From assembly GCA_964593465.1 (NCBI GenBank), contig CAZQJY010000001.1:74480-138479 (forward strand): 64,000 bases of DNA, read 5' to 3'. Below the pieces are notes generated by a model. It was not told the DNA's origin, made no database searches, and saw nothing but the letters and a program-made list of their open reading frames with translations. Positions 16,311-25,676 of this stretch are shown one piece after another. This stretch comes from an uncultured Candidatus Saccharibacteria bacterium. GTDB taxonomy: Bacteria > Patescibacteriota > Saccharimonadia > Saccharimonadales > Saccharimonadaceae. Position 1 is the stretch's first letter, and every line of letters begins with the position of its first letter. Both the position numbers and the translations under genes were made by a program.

Positions 16311-18860
16311 ATGCAGCTAGCAAAAACATACGAGCCGAATCAATACGAACCGAATATCTACGCCATGTGGGAAACCTCTGGCGCTTTTTCTCCAAAAGGG
16401 GAGGGCGAACCCTATAGCATCGTGATGCCGCCACCAAATGCCAATGGCAACCTGCACGTCGGTCATGCACTCATGGTGGAGGTAGAGGATATCTTGATCC
16501 GCTACCACCGTATGAACGGTTACGACACGGTTTACCTACCGGGTGCAGACCATGCTGGGTTTGAAACATGGGTTGTCTACGAACGGATTTTGCGTGAAAA
16601 AGGGCAGAGTCGTTTTGACTTTAGCCGCGAACAACTCTATAGCCAGGTCTGGAACTTTGTTGATGAGCAGCGTGGCAATATGGAATTGCAGCTACGCGCA
16701 CTTGGTGCTAGCGCAGATTGGCCAAAACTAACCTTTACACTCGATAAAAAAGTAATCGACACTGTCTATACCACATTCAAAAAAATGTGGGATGATGGCT
16801 TGATTTACAGAGGTGAGCGCATCGTCAACTACAGCACCAAGTACCAAACAAGCTATGCTGATATAGAAGTAGAACACAAGACGGAGAAGGGTACACTCTG
16901 GAAAATAGCCTATCCGCTAATCGACAAAGTAGGGGAGTTGATCGTAGCAACAACTCGCCCAGAAACACTCCTTGGCGACACCGCCGTCGCTGTGCATCCA
17001 GAGGATGAACGCTACAAGCACCTGATTGGCAGTAAAGTACAACTACCCCTGGTGCACCGTGAAATCCCCGTCATCGCCGACGAGTACGTTGATCCTACAT
17101 TTGGCACCGGTGTCGTCAAGATTACACCCGCTCATGATCCAAACGACTTTGAGATGGGCAATAGACATGATTTGCCACGTATCCAAGTGATTGGTTTTGA
17201 CGGCAAGATGACAGAAGAGGCTGGCAACTACTTCGGTCTAGAAGTAGAGGATGCTCGTAAAAAGGTACTCGCTGCACTCGAAGCACTAGAGCTACGCAGA
17301 GGAGAAGAGGCGATTGAACACTCTGTGGGCTACGATTATAAGAGTGGGCTACCCATCCAGCCGCTCATCAAGGAACAATGGTTCATTAGCGTAAAACCGC
17401 TAGTAGAAAAAGCAAAAGCAGCCATTGAGGCAGGAGAGATTACTTTCTACCCAGAGAGTAAGAAAACCGCCATCCTACAGTATTTCGACAACCTCAAAGA
17501 CTGGAATATCTCGAGGCAAATCCCATGGGGTATCCCAATCCCAGCATTTGTGAATACGCACAACCCAGAAGATTGGATATTTGACACACGTGTCGACGAA
17601 AAAGAAATCGTTGTAAATGGCGCAACATATAGACGCGAAGAAGACACATTTGACACCTGGTTCTCTAGCGGGCAATGGCCTTATATCACTACCGATTATC
17701 TGGACAGCAGCGACCTAGCCAAATATTATCCTACTAGCGTACTAGAAACAGGTCACGACATCCTGTACCCATGGGTATCACGCATGGTTATGCTCGGTCT
17801 CTACGCTACTGGAAAAGTACCATTCAAAGATGTCTACCTCCATGGTCTCGTACTCGACGAGCACGGACAAAAAATGAGCAAAAGCAAGGGCAACGTGGTC
17901 AATCCTATGGAGACATTAGGGAAATATGGCTCCGACGCGCTGCGTTTTGGCCTCATCTCTAGCCGTAGCGCTGGGCAAAACCAAGCTTTTTCTATTAGCA
18001 AAGTAGTCGCGGGGCGCAATTTCTGCAACAAGCTCTGGAATATTTCGCGCTTCATCCTCGACAAACTAGGGGAGGACTACAAGCCCGGTGAACCAGAGAC
18101 TACATCACTTGCAGACGACTGGATTGTACGTCGGCTCAACGAAGCGTCAAAAAATATAGGTGAACAGATCAAACACTACCGCTTCGCAGAAGCGAGTGAA
18201 GCTATGTATCACGCTATCTGGGATGACGTAGCCGACTGGTATATCGAAGCTAGTAAAGCCGAGCCAAATCCAGACTTGCTAGTATGGGTGCTTGAAACCT
18301 GTTTGCGCCTGGCGCATCCATTTGCTCCGTTTGTCACCGAGACAATCTGGCAAACCATAGGCTGGACAGACAGCCTGCTTATCCTCGAACACTGGCCAGA
18401 AGCACTGCATTACGACGAAATTGCCGCAGGACAGTTTACGCGCGTACAAGCACTTGTGAGCGAAGCACGTTACGTGATGAGTGAATTGCCCGGCAACAAA
18501 CGTTATCCGATGCTTTTCCAGCAGGATTCGCTAGTAGGAGACAATGCGCAGCTTATCAAGCAACTATCTCGCGTGAGCGATGTAATGCAGGCAGATCAAG
18601 CCAGGGGTCTTCGTCTGGCAGCGTCTGGACGCGAGGCCTGGCTCGATATCGACGAAGATACACTGTATGAACACCAAACCAACTTAGAGGTACGCCTAGC
18701 TGAAACTAGGCAGAAAAAACTCTCGCTCGAAGCCCGCTTGGCTAATGAAAACTACATCGCCAAGGCTCCAGAGCACCTTGTAGAAGAAACTAAACGCGAC
18801 CTTGAAGCGACCGAAAAGCTAATCGCACAACTCGCAGCAGAGCTAGACGTACTAAGCTAA
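16311..18860 (+). CDS. valS: valine--tRNA ligase
   Basis: PPPNANGNLHVGHAL, DHAG, ATTRPETLLGD, WNISRQ, DTWFSSG, KMSKSKGN, C-terminal coiled coil. Confidence 0.97.
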   Translation: MQLAKTYEPNQYEPNIYAMWETSGAFSPKGEGEPYSIVMPPPNANGNLHVGHALMVEVEDILIRYHRMNGYDTVYLPGADHAGFETWVVYERILREKGQSRFDFSREQLYSQVWNFVDEQRGNMELQLRALGASADWPKLTFTLDKKVIDTVYTTFKKMWDDGLIYRGERIVNYSTKYQTSYADIEVEHKTEKGTLWKIAYPLIDKVGELIVATTRPETLLGDTAVAVHPEDERYKHLIGSKVQLPLVHREIPVIADEYVDPTFGTGVVKITPAHDPNDFEMGNRHDLPRIQVIGFDGKMTEEAGNYFGLEVEDARKKVLAALEALELRRGEEAIEHSVGYDYKSGLPIQPLIKEQWFISVKPLVEKAKAAIEAGEITFYPESKKTAILQYFDNLKDWNISRQIPWGIPIPAFVNTHNPEDWIFDTRVDEKEIVVNGATYRREEDTFDTWFSSGQWPYITTDYLDSSDLAKYYPTSVLETGHDILYPWVSRMVMLGLYATGKVPFKDVYLHGLVLDEHGQKMSKSKGNVVNPMETLGKYGSDALRFGLISSRSAGQNQAFSISKVVAGRNFCNKLWNISRFILDKLGEDYKPGEPETTSLADDWIVRRLNEASKNIGEQIKHYRFAEASEAMYHAIWDDVADWYIEASKAEPNPDLLVWVLETCLRLAHPFAPFVTETIWQTIGWTDSLLILEHWPEALHYDEIAAGQFTRVQALVSEARYVMSELPGNKRYPMLFQQDSLVGDNAQLIKQLSRVSDVMQADQARGLRLAASGREAWLDIDEDTLYEHQTNLEVRLAETRQKKLSLEARLANENYIAKAPEHLVEETKRDLEATEKLIAQLAAELDVLS

Positions 18861-18864
18861 TCGT

Positions 18865-19182
18865 TTATGCCAGCACAATAGTGTGGTCTGTCATATCCGC
18901 CTGACCAGGCAAACGGAAAAAGTCACGATCACTACTGTTGTGATGACGCGCCTTATCGTCACGTGGATCGCGAGCTATAGACGCCTGTGACTTACTGCCA
19001 AGAGGGTTACGCTCACTATGAGTATGCGCATGAGATGCAATAGCCGTACTTGCACCATCTATCTGGTGGTGACGAGCAACGACATGCACCGCTACTTTGT
19101 CGAGATTTGTATCGTGCAAACACACACCGCAAAGTGTGCTGAGTGCCAAAAAGCCGACGATAGGTTGAAAAACTTGTTGCAT
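18865..19182 (-). CDS. small hypothetical protein (N-terminal hydrophobic, His-rich)
   Basis: 105-aa ORF; upstream TTGACT-17-TAATAT promoter at ~19211-19239. Confidence 0.6.
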   Translation of the reverse strand: MQQVFQPIVGFLALSTLCGVCLHDTNLDKVAVHVVARHHQIDGASTAIASHAHTHSERNPLGSKSQASIARDPRDDKARHHNSSDRDFFRLPGQADMTDHTIVLA

Positions 19183-19263
19183 GATGTTTGTTTTAATTGT
19201 TTACGCTATTCATATTAGCATATTTTGTATAAATAGTCAAGCTTATGCTATACTAAACAGCGA

Positions 19264-19467
19264 ATGAGCTATTTCATCAAAAAGACAGCCTATATTCTTC
19301 TCTATATTCCACTCGGACTCATAGTTGCAATAGAGTCACCACATGCAATCGACTTTGTCGACAAGAATCGCATCAATAAACTACCGCTTGCAATGGCAGT
19401 TTTGATTATATTGGTAGCTCTAGCCCTCATTGCGGGGCTACTATATCTGCTATTGATATTCTTATAG
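19264..19467 (+). CDS. small membrane protein
   Basis: 67 aa with two hydrophobic segments; TGCTATACT upstream. Confidence 0.5.
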   Translation: MSYFIKKTAYILLYIPLGLIVAIESPHAIDFVDKNRINKLPLAMAVLIILVALALIAGLLYLLLIFL

Positions 19468-19468
19468 G

Positions 19469-19927
19469 CTATATATGGTGGTATTTGCCACCAGCCGCAA
19501 TCTCTTGTGCGCGATACAGCTGCTCAGTGAGTATTAGCCGCACTAGCTGATGTGGAAACACTAATTTAGACAGCGACCACACGACGTCTGCCCTCGTACG
19601 CAACTCGTCCGTGACCCCATATGCCCCACCAATGATAATAGTTACCGACCGACTGTGGACAAACTGTGTAGAGCAAAGCTCCGCTAGTGCTGGAGAAGAG
19701 ATATTTTTGCCTACTTCATCAAGTAAAATCACATATGAACTGGTATCGAGCTTGGCAAGTATGCGCTCGGACTCTTCTTGGCGTGCGCTAGCGTTCGCCA
19801 GGCTAGAATGGGGGAGTAGCTGCCATTCTACGTCATAGGGCTTGCTGAGGCGCTTTTGGTAACGCTCTATGCCCTCTTGTGCCCATGACTCATGTTTCTT
19901 GCCAATAGCTAGAATCTTGACTGCCAT
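19469..19927 (-). CDS. rlmH: 23S rRNA (pseudouridine1915-N3)-methyltransferase RlmH
   Basis: IIIGGAYG, SLSKLVFPHQLVRLILTEQLYRA..YHH. Confidence 0.95.
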   Translation of the reverse strand: MAVKILAIGKKHESWAQEGIERYQKRLSKPYDVEWQLLPHSSLANASARQEESERILAKLDTSSYVILLDEVGKNISSPALAELCSTQFVHSRSVTIIIGGAYGVTDELRTRADVVWSLSKLVFPHQLVRLILTEQLYRAQEIAAGGKYHHI

Positions 19928-19929
19928 AA

Positions 19930-20325
19930 CTACGCCAGCTTCAGCTGCTCGGCCACAGCCGCCAATACCGTGTGATCCGGCTCGTTGTTCATATCTGGTA
20001 CATGGCGGTATTCGCTTACCTCGCGAAATGGAATCAGATGAATATGCGCATGCGGCACGTCAATACCAATGATTTGCTCACCAATATATGGCACATTCAG
20101 CACCTCGCGCATGTGGCGGGCGATTTTTTGTACACTAGCTTGCAGCGCCTGATAATCAGTTTCGTCGAGATCCCACACAAACTCCACTTGCTTTTTAGGG
20201 ATTACGAGTGTGTGGCCAGGGGTAATAGGGTGGATATCCAGAAACGCATAGGTGTGGTCGTCTTCGTAGATTTTATGGCTAGGGATTTCGCCATTGATAA
20301 TACGGGTAAATATCGAATCTTGCAT
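19930..20325 (-). CDS. HIT family nucleotide hydrolase
   Basis: SIFTRII..AFLDIHP..GHTLVIPK..VPHAHIHLIP. Confidence 0.93.
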   Translation of the reverse strand: MQDSIFTRIINGEIPSHKIYEDDHTYAFLDIHPITPGHTLVIPKKQVEFVWDLDETDYQALQASVQKIARHMREVLNVPYIGEQIIGIDVPHAHIHLIPFREVSEYRHVPDMNNEPDHTVLAAVAEQLKLA

Positions 20326-20370
20326 ATCCCTAGTATACTAAAGTTAGGACACTCGTGTCATACTAGATGT

Positions 20371-20823
20371 ATGGACTCTACAATACTCGCAGTACGAGCG
20401 ATTACCGCACAGTATGGTCGCCAGCTACTCTGGCCGGTGCTGTGGATTGGGCTTGCTATCTATCTAATAATTTTTGGTGTCACATGGTGGCTGGCAACTT
20501 CTCTCAATAGCTGGTGGTGGCTTATAGAGCTTTTTGTCACGCCAATGTTTTTTGTCGGGACACTTTTGTGGATAGCTTGCTTCATTGTTATCCGTCGTAT
20601 TCACCCAAAACTCAACAAAGAGCAGCGCAAGCTTGTGCGTGAAATAGTAGGGCATGCCACCCACATCGCTGCCGAGATGGGTACGCCAAAATTCATCATC
20701 CTTGGACGAATCGTGCGTGATGTCGTGTTTGGCACCAGTATCCGCGGCTCCTACATCGGCGAGCTTACTGCAGAACCAGGCGAGGCGAAGCGGAAATTTG
20801 ACGAGCTGCGGCGGTCTTTGTAG
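20371..20823 (+). CDS. membrane protein
   Basis: 3' part of ORF 19972..20823 from ATG 20371; two TM helices; the 5' part is antisense to HIT and is not coding. Confidence 0.7.
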   Translation: MDSTILAVRAITAQYGRQLLWPVLWIGLAIYLIIFGVTWWLATSLNSWWWLIELFVTPMFFVGTLLWIACFIVIRRIHPKLNKEQRKLVREIVGHATHIAAEMGTPKFIILGRIVRDVVFGTSIRGSYIGELTAEPGEAKRKFDELRRSL

Positions 20824-20851
20824 TTTTTTGGTAAGTAGCATCGGGATGGGA

Positions 20852-20884
20852 GATGTCGCTTCGTTACACTTTACTACTCCGCTC
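20852..20884 (-). repeat. dispersed REP-like element, copy 4
   Basis: gatgtcgcttcgttacactttactactccgctc downstream of tRNA-Ser(GCT). Confidence 0.55.
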
Positions 20885-20948
20885 ATTTGCAAAATAAAAA
20901 GCTGACGCTGCTTTGTTTTTTCATTCGCTACATCGAACTCCGCATCAT

Positions 20949-20994
20949 TCCGCCAAGAAAAAAGACCCTTATCCGGGTCTTTTTTCTTGGCGGA
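20949..20994 (-). terminator. tRNA-Ser(GCT) terminator hairpin extending into the tRNA 3' end
   Basis: 20-bp inverted repeat tccgccaagaaaaaagaccc / gggtcttttttcttggcgga. Confidence 0.8.
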
Positions 20995-21080
20995 GGATGG
21001 GAGATTCGAACTCCCGCTACAGGTCTCCCCGTACTAACGATTTAGCAAACCGTCCCCTTCAGCCACTTGGGTAATCCTCC
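20988..21080 (-). tRNA. tRNA-Ser(GCT)
   Basis: GGAGGAT acceptor stem, ACGGT-TTGCTAA-ATCGT anticodon arm, long variable arm, GTTCGAATC, CCA. Confidence 0.95.
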
Positions 21081-21188
21081 ATGAATCCACTAGCTGACTT
21101 GGATTATTGTAGCATATCCACCCCTGATAGACAAACCTTATGTGTTTATAGTAAAATAGGGCTATCAACTAGCAGGAACTACAGCATC

Positions 21189-21605
21189 ATGAAACGAACT
21201 CTCCAATACATCGCAGTCGCCATAGCAACCAGTTTTTTGATTGGACTCAGTACACCAGCAGCTGCAGCGCAAATGCAAGGTGGCCTCCCTGGTGGCGCAG
21301 CGGCAGCTCGTGGTGACGGTCAGCCTGCGATACTGTTTGGAGATGGGGGTGTATTTGCCAAAATCACCAACATCATGCTGTTTATCGTAGGTGCGATCAG
21401 TGTCATCATGATTATCATCGGTGGTCTGCGCTACGTGCTCTCTGGCGGCGACTCTGCAAATGTGAGTGCAGCAAAAAACACCATTCTCTACGCCATAGTC
21501 GGTATTATCGTATCACTACTTGCGTATGCTGCAGTTAATTTTGTAACTGGTGCATTTGTCGACAACGGCGGCATGGGTGGTGGCGGTGGAGCAACAAGCT
21601 TCTAA
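21189..21605 (+). CDS. VirB2/TrbC-like (T4SS_pilin-type) pilin
   Basis: signal peptide, then ITNIMLFIVGAISVIMIIIGGLRY..GGD..AKNTILYAIVG; start ATG 21189. Confidence 0.85.
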   Translation: MKRTLQYIAVAIATSFLIGLSTPAAAAQMQGGLPGGAAAARGDGQPAILFGDGGVFAKITNIMLFIVGAISVIMIIIGGLRYVLSGGDSANVSAAKNTILYAIVGIIVSLLAYAAVNFVTGAFVDNGGMGGGGGATSF

Positions 21606-21668
21606 TACATTAGCTGACGCGTAGACCCTAGCCAGACAGAGGTAGACATGCTATAGTAGCAAGAGTCT

Positions 21669-21758
21669 GGAGAGATGACCGAGTGGTTGAAGGTACCGGT
21701 CTTGAAAACCGGCGTGCGGTAAAACGTACCGTGGGTTCGAATCCCACTCTCTCCGCCA
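21669..21758 (+). tRNA. tRNA-Ser(TGA)
   Basis: GGAGAGA acceptor stem, CCGGT-CTTGAAA-ACCGG anticodon arm, long variable arm, GGTTCGAATCC, CCA. Confidence 0.95.
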
Positions 21759-21792
21759 AATAAAATAACCCCCTTGCGGGGTTATTTTATTT
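21758..21792 (+). terminator. bidirectional terminator after tRNA-Ser(TGA)
   Basis: aaataaaataacccc / ggggttattttattt. Confidence 0.8.
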
Positions 21793-21819
21793 GATTGTAT
21801 AAAACCCAGCCTTTGTGAC

Positions 21820-22482
21820 CTAGATCTGCCGCATCAACACCAAAAAAGCTACATTTTCGGCCCCTGCGTCTCGCAGACATCTTACTGCTGCAGCAATAGA
21901 TGCGCCAGTAGTAGTGATATCGTCGCACACTACATACAACGCGTCTTGATCTAGCCGCTTAGCTCTCATCACAAATGCAGTATCTGCCTGTCTTTTACGC
22001 TTGGCAGCCGTTGCACCCACCTGTGCCTTGTTGTGGCGGCGTGCGAGCAGGGGAGTATCGCTGTAACCTCTCAACCGAGCAAATGCCCCAGAAAAGTCAC
22101 TTGTGTGATCAAACCCTCTGCGACGAATATGCGTAGTTGATGTCGGTAGCGGCACGATATGTATTAACCCTGGAAAGATTGGAGCAGCTACATCAAAACA
22201 TTTTGCCACCTGACTATATGCGGCTCGCTTGCACGCAAACTTATACTCATCTACAAGCCTCTGTAGCACACCGTCGCGTTCTGCCAAAACCACTTGTGTT
22301 ACACCCGCTAGGTCCAAACACTGCCTGCACTGTAAACCTACCAACAAACTATCACAAAAGATACATTGTTCACGCGGAGTAAGTTCGATGTCAAAAAAAC
22401 AATTATCGCAAATTTGTGCTCCAATCTCACCACAAGACAAACAGTAGTGGGGTGCCAGTCGTGAAAATAGCGAATCAAACAT
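21820..22482 (-). CDS. comF: ComF family protein (zinc ribbon + PRTase-like)
   Basis: CxxC pairs, YKF, VPLPT..RRGFDH, DDITTTGAS. Confidence 0.85.
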   Translation of the reverse strand: MFDSLFSRLAPHYCLSCGEIGAQICDNCFFDIELTPREQCIFCDSLLVGLQCRQCLDLAGVTQVVLAERDGVLQRLVDEYKFACKRAAYSQVAKCFDVAAPIFPGLIHIVPLPTSTTHIRRRGFDHTSDFSGAFARLRGYSDTPLLARRHNKAQVGATAAKRKRQADTAFVMRAKRLDQDALYVVCDDITTTGASIAAAVRCLRDAGAENVAFLVLMRQI

Positions 22483-22589
22483 TGTACTTTTTACGTATTT
22501 ATACCCTTGTTATTGATTATAGACCCTTGTTTGGTATACTAAAAGAGACTATTTGTCGACCTAGAGCCTAGAGAAAAGTGGAGGATATC

Positions 22590-23060
22590 ATGGCCCGTAA
22601 ACAAAACGACGATTTGCTAATCGAAGATGAACTAGCGGCAGCGTTTCTTGACGATACTGATTTGACCCAGGATCCACAAGACGATGTTGCGATAACACAG
22701 CCGACCGTAGACGAAGACGAGGTGGAAGACGACTTTCCCGGACAGCTAGCTGTAGATGTATATGAAACACAAGACGAGCTGGTTGTAAAAGCTCGTACTG
22801 CAGGCGTAAACAAAGATGACCTAGATGTGAGTATCAGCGAGGGTATTCTCACTATCAGCGGTACACTCAGCAGTGGCGACGAATCAGAAGCCAATAACTG
22901 GCACATCCAAGAATGCTACTGGGGTGAGTTTAGCCGCACACTAGCTTTGCCTTTGCCTGTCAAAGAAGACGAAGCTAAAGCCGCTCTCAAAGATGGCGTA
23001 CTAAGCATCAGCTTCCCGAAGGTAGAGCAGGAACAAGCCAAAAAGATTCAAATCATGTAA
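22590..23060 (+). CDS. Hsp20/alpha-crystallin small heat-shock protein
   Basis: VDVYET..LVVKARTAGV..LTISG..ECYWGEFSRTLALP..A.LKDGVLSI..PK; SD GGAGG before ATG 22590. Confidence 0.92.
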   Translation: MARKQNDDLLIEDELAAAFLDDTDLTQDPQDDVAITQPTVDEDEVEDDFPGQLAVDVYETQDELVVKARTAGVNKDDLDVSISEGILTISGTLSSGDESEANNWHIQECYWGEFSRTLALPLPVKEDEAKAALKDGVLSISFPKVEQEQAKKIQIM

Positions 23061-23080
23061 TATACGCCTCCGGGCCATAC

Positions 23081-23120
23081 ATACAAAACTGCCACCAGTT
23101 TCCTGGTGGCAGTTTTGTAT
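23081..23120. terminator. intrinsic terminator of Hsp20
   Basis: 18-bp inverted repeat atacaaaactgccaccag / ctggtggcagttttgtat. Confidence 0.8.
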
Positions 23121-23212
23121 TAGACCTTCCATACCCTGGTCTACATAGCAGTTTATATTCAAAAGAGGATACAGGCCCTGAATTGTTCCATAGAGCCGAC
23201 CTCATCCAAAAA

Positions 23213-23238
23213 ATCACCCCTTCCATGGAAGGGGTGAT
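23213..23238 (-). terminator. terminator of the pilin array
   Basis: atcaccccttcc / ggaaggggtgat with a T-run downstream on the minus strand. Confidence 0.7.
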
Positions 23239-23260
23239 AGGCGAGTAGCAACTATTCGTA

Positions 23261-23677
23261 CTAAGTTGTAGTAAACGTGCTAGTCACGAACTTCACAACT
23301 GCGTAGGCAAGTATCGCCACGATGAGGCCAATGATCGCATACATGATAGTATTTTTGGCTTGCTCTACCTGAGACGTATTACCGTTTGAAGTAGTATAGC
23401 GAATACCGCCAATGATAAGCATAATCACGCTAATCGCACCAATCAAAAAGAGCATCACGTTGGTAATTGTCTGAAATACACCACCATCGCCAATGAGCTC
23501 ATCTGGAGTGTCGTTACCCTTTGAACAGCTTGCACCGCCACTAATAGTCAGAGTGCTAGTGTCACAATCTGCATAGGCCGGGGTTGCCGCAGTGCCAAGC
23601 ACTACACCAAATGCCATCACGAATGCAAATGTTGATGCAGCCGCAATATTTTTTAGTTGTGTTTGTAATTTCTTCAT
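23261..23677 (-). CDS. VirB2-like pilin (array gene 6)
   Basis: ITNVMLFLIGAISVIMLIIGGIRYTTSNG..AKNTIMYAIIGL; Cys pair in the N-terminal region. Confidence 0.87.
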   Translation of the reverse strand: MKKLQTQLKNIAAASTFAFVMAFGVVLGTAATPAYADCDTSTLTISGGASCSKGNDTPDELIGDGGVFQTITNVMLFLIGAISVIMLIIGGIRYTTSNGNTSQVEQAKNTIMYAIIGLIVAILAYAVVKFVTSTFTTT

Positions 23678-23735
23678 CTTTTGATTTCCTTCCTTATAGT
23701 CTGTTTATACCATACCTGAGTACAAAAATAAATGT

Positions 23736-24104
23736 TTACTGGAACCTCGATACGACAAACTGTACAATCGCATATGCCACAATAGCCACAATCAAACCGA
23801 CTACCGCATAGAGGATTGTATCTTTGGCTGATTTTGTCTGGCTCGCATCGCCGTTTGATGTTACGTAGCGGATACCACCGATAATGATTGCGATTACAGC
23901 GATTGCGCCAATGAGGAAGAGTAGTATGTTTGTGATAGTGGTGATACCACTCTCAACAGTCGTGCCTCCAGTTTGTCCAGTTGCACCTGCACCATCTAAA
24001 ATCTTACTCTTGGCGTCTGCGAAGACACTACTTGTCATAGCCAAAGATACCGCCAGTGCGGACAACGTTGCGCCCGAAGCCTTTTTGTATATGTTTTTAA
24101 TCAT
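23736..24104 (-). CDS. VirB2-like pilin (array gene 5)
   Basis: ITNILLFLIGAIAVIAIIIGGIRYVTSNGD..AKDTILYAVVGL; SD AAGGA before ATG 24104. Confidence 0.87.
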   Translation of the reverse strand: MIKNIYKKASGATLSALAVSLAMTSSVFADAKSKILDGAGATGQTGGTTVESGITTITNILLFLIGAIAVIAIIIGGIRYVTSNGDASQTKSAKDTILYAVVGLIVAIVAYAIVQFVVSRFQ

Positions 24105-24147
24105 TTTTATATTCCTTATGTTTTTCATATTGCGTATTATATACTAC

Positions 24148-24546
24148 CTAGAATCTGTTTACAACAAAGTTGACAATACCACCAGCCATCAGTGCCACAA
24201 CCAAACCAATCACTGCGTACATGATTGTATCTTTGGCTGATTTGACCTGGCTTGGGTCACCATTTGCTGTAGCGTATTTGATGCCACCAATGATAATCAT
24301 AATGACTGCAATAGCGCCCAAGAGATAGAGAAGAATATTGATAATATTGCCAATCATCTTGCCTAGATTGTCGCTACCTGCACTACATACTGCATTGCTA
24401 CCAGCCGCCCTACAGCTATCCTGCACAACGTCTATAGCCTGTACGCTGTGTGTTGCTGCCACAGATACCAATAAGATTGAGGCAACCAACGCCACAACAA
24501 CTGCTACCAGCTGCAAAGTTTGCTTTTGTAGTATGTCTTTTATCAT
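24148..24546 (-). CDS. VirB2-like pilin (array gene 4)
   Basis: IINILLYLLGAIAVIMIIIGGIKYATANGD..AKDTIMYAVIGL; Cys pair. Confidence 0.87.
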   Translation of the reverse strand: MIKDILQKQTLQLVAVVVALVASILLVSVAATHSVQAIDVVQDSCRAAGSNAVCSAGSDNLGKMIGNIINILLYLLGAIAVIMIIIGGIKYATANGDPSQVKSAKDTIMYAVIGLVVALMAGGIVNFVVNRF

Positions 24547-24878
24547 TTGGCCATTCCTCCTGCTATAAATGATGTAATCGTAAATGCAGCCATAACAAGC
24601 ACCAGACCGATTACCGCGTAGAGAATAGCGTTTTTCGCCTGCTTAATCTTGGCTGCGTCGCCATCAGCTGTCGCATAGTAGATACCTGCTATCACAATTA
24701 CCAATACAGCTATTGCGCCAGCCAGCCAGTATACATTCTTGAGTACGCCATTTAACACGGCAGTATCTGTCGCTTTTGGTATGCCTGTGCTGCCTACATC
24801 TACGCCACCCAGACTATCACCAAACATAGTCTGGGTAGAGGTAGTGTAGGAAACGATGGTGTGTAGTATGTTATTCAT
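24543..24878 (-). CDS. VirB2-like pilin (array gene 3)
   Basis: WLAGAIAVLVIVIAGIYYATADGD..AKNAILYAVIGL. Confidence 0.85.
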   Translation of the reverse strand: MNNILHTIVSYTTSTQTMFGDSLGGVDVGSTGIPKATDTAVLNGVLKNVYWLAGAIAVLVIVIAGIYYATADGDAAKIKQAKNAILYAVIGLVLVMAAFTITSFIAGGMAK

Positions 24879-24888
24879 ATCTATCCTC

Positions 24889-25290
24889 CTAGATATTACT
24901 TAGTACAAACCTTACGATTGCAACCGACATGATAGATAGTAGCAATCCTATACATGCATTGATAATAGTTTTGCGACCTTTAGTATTGCCATCTACACTA
25001 CCTGCGCTGGTAATATACTGGAATCCACCATAGATAATGAATGCTGCCGATACATACGCCGCTACGTGTAGTAAAATCTCGACGATATTGCCAGCTACAG
25101 TGGCAGCAAACTTTGGAAAGTCCTTGACCTCAATATTACAATTACCGTCCGTTACCCCGCGATACCACGGAGGCATTGTAAGCAAGCCACCGCCACAACC
25201 ACTCTGGGGAGCTGCAGCTGCAACACCACCAAACGCAAGTGAGACACCGAATGCCACCACCCCCGCAAATAGTATAAGTTTTTGCATCAT
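24889..25290 (-). CDS. VirB2-like pilin (array gene 2)
   Basis: C..LLTMPPWY..C, FIIYGGFQYITSAG..GRKTIINACIGL. Confidence 0.82.
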   Translation of the reverse strand: MMQKLILFAGVVAFGVSLAFGGVAAAAPQSGCGGGLLTMPPWYRGVTDGNCNIEVKDFPKFAATVAGNIVEILLHVAAYVSAAFIIYGGFQYITSAGSVDGNTKGRKTIINACIGLLLSIMSVAIVRFVLSNI

Positions 25291-25676
25291 GAGAACACTG
25301 CCCCTGGTACCAAGAAATTAATAGCTGCGCCCATTAGTGCGTAGAGCACAAGGCCTATCACTACATTGCGGATTATCTCTTTGGCTTGATTTACCTGCTG
25401 CTCACTGTCGTGTGCAGATGCATAGAGAATCGACGCGTAAACAATAGCACCTACCGCCACTATACCGATGATGACCGTAAGGATACGGATAAACCACGCC
25501 AACATCTTAATGATGCCTTCCTTGCCCGTACCATCGCCGCAGTCGATGAGAGACGTTTTGATGCCTCCACAGCTAGCTGCTTGTGCCACATCGGGTGTCG
25601 CAAAAGCCAACATGCCGGCTGCACCGAGTCCAACGATGCCTGCCGCAAATATTGATAGTAGTTGTTTGATATTCAT
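25287..25676 (-). CDS. VirB2-like pilin (array gene 1)
   Basis: SCGGIKTSLIDC, IVYASILYASAHD..AKEIIRNVVIGL; start ATG 25676. Confidence 0.82.
   Translation of the reverse strand: MNIKQLLSIFAAGIVGLGAAGMLAFATPDVAQAASCGGIKTSLIDCGDGTGKEGIIKMLAWFIRILTVIIGIVAVGAIVYASILYASAHDSEQQVNQAKEIIRNVVIGLVLYALMGAAINFLVPGAVFS

Noticed and set aside
19972-20370. 283-aa ORF as a single gene
   Set aside because: The 5' half is antisense to HIT/rlmH; only the part from ATG 20371 looks coding
839-21792. tRNA genes as prophage/ICE attachment sites
   Set aside because: No integrase and no direct repeat of a tRNA 3' end; the TCCGCCA copy at 20949 is inverted
23261-25676. Tandem pilin similarity as a CRISPR or DNA repeat array
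   Set aside because: Similarity is at the protein level within intact ORFs; no fixed repeat-spacer periodicity and no cas genes
21189-25676. Type IV (T4aP) pilins
   Set aside because: No class III signal (G|FxxxE); the topology fits VirB2/TrbC-type pilins
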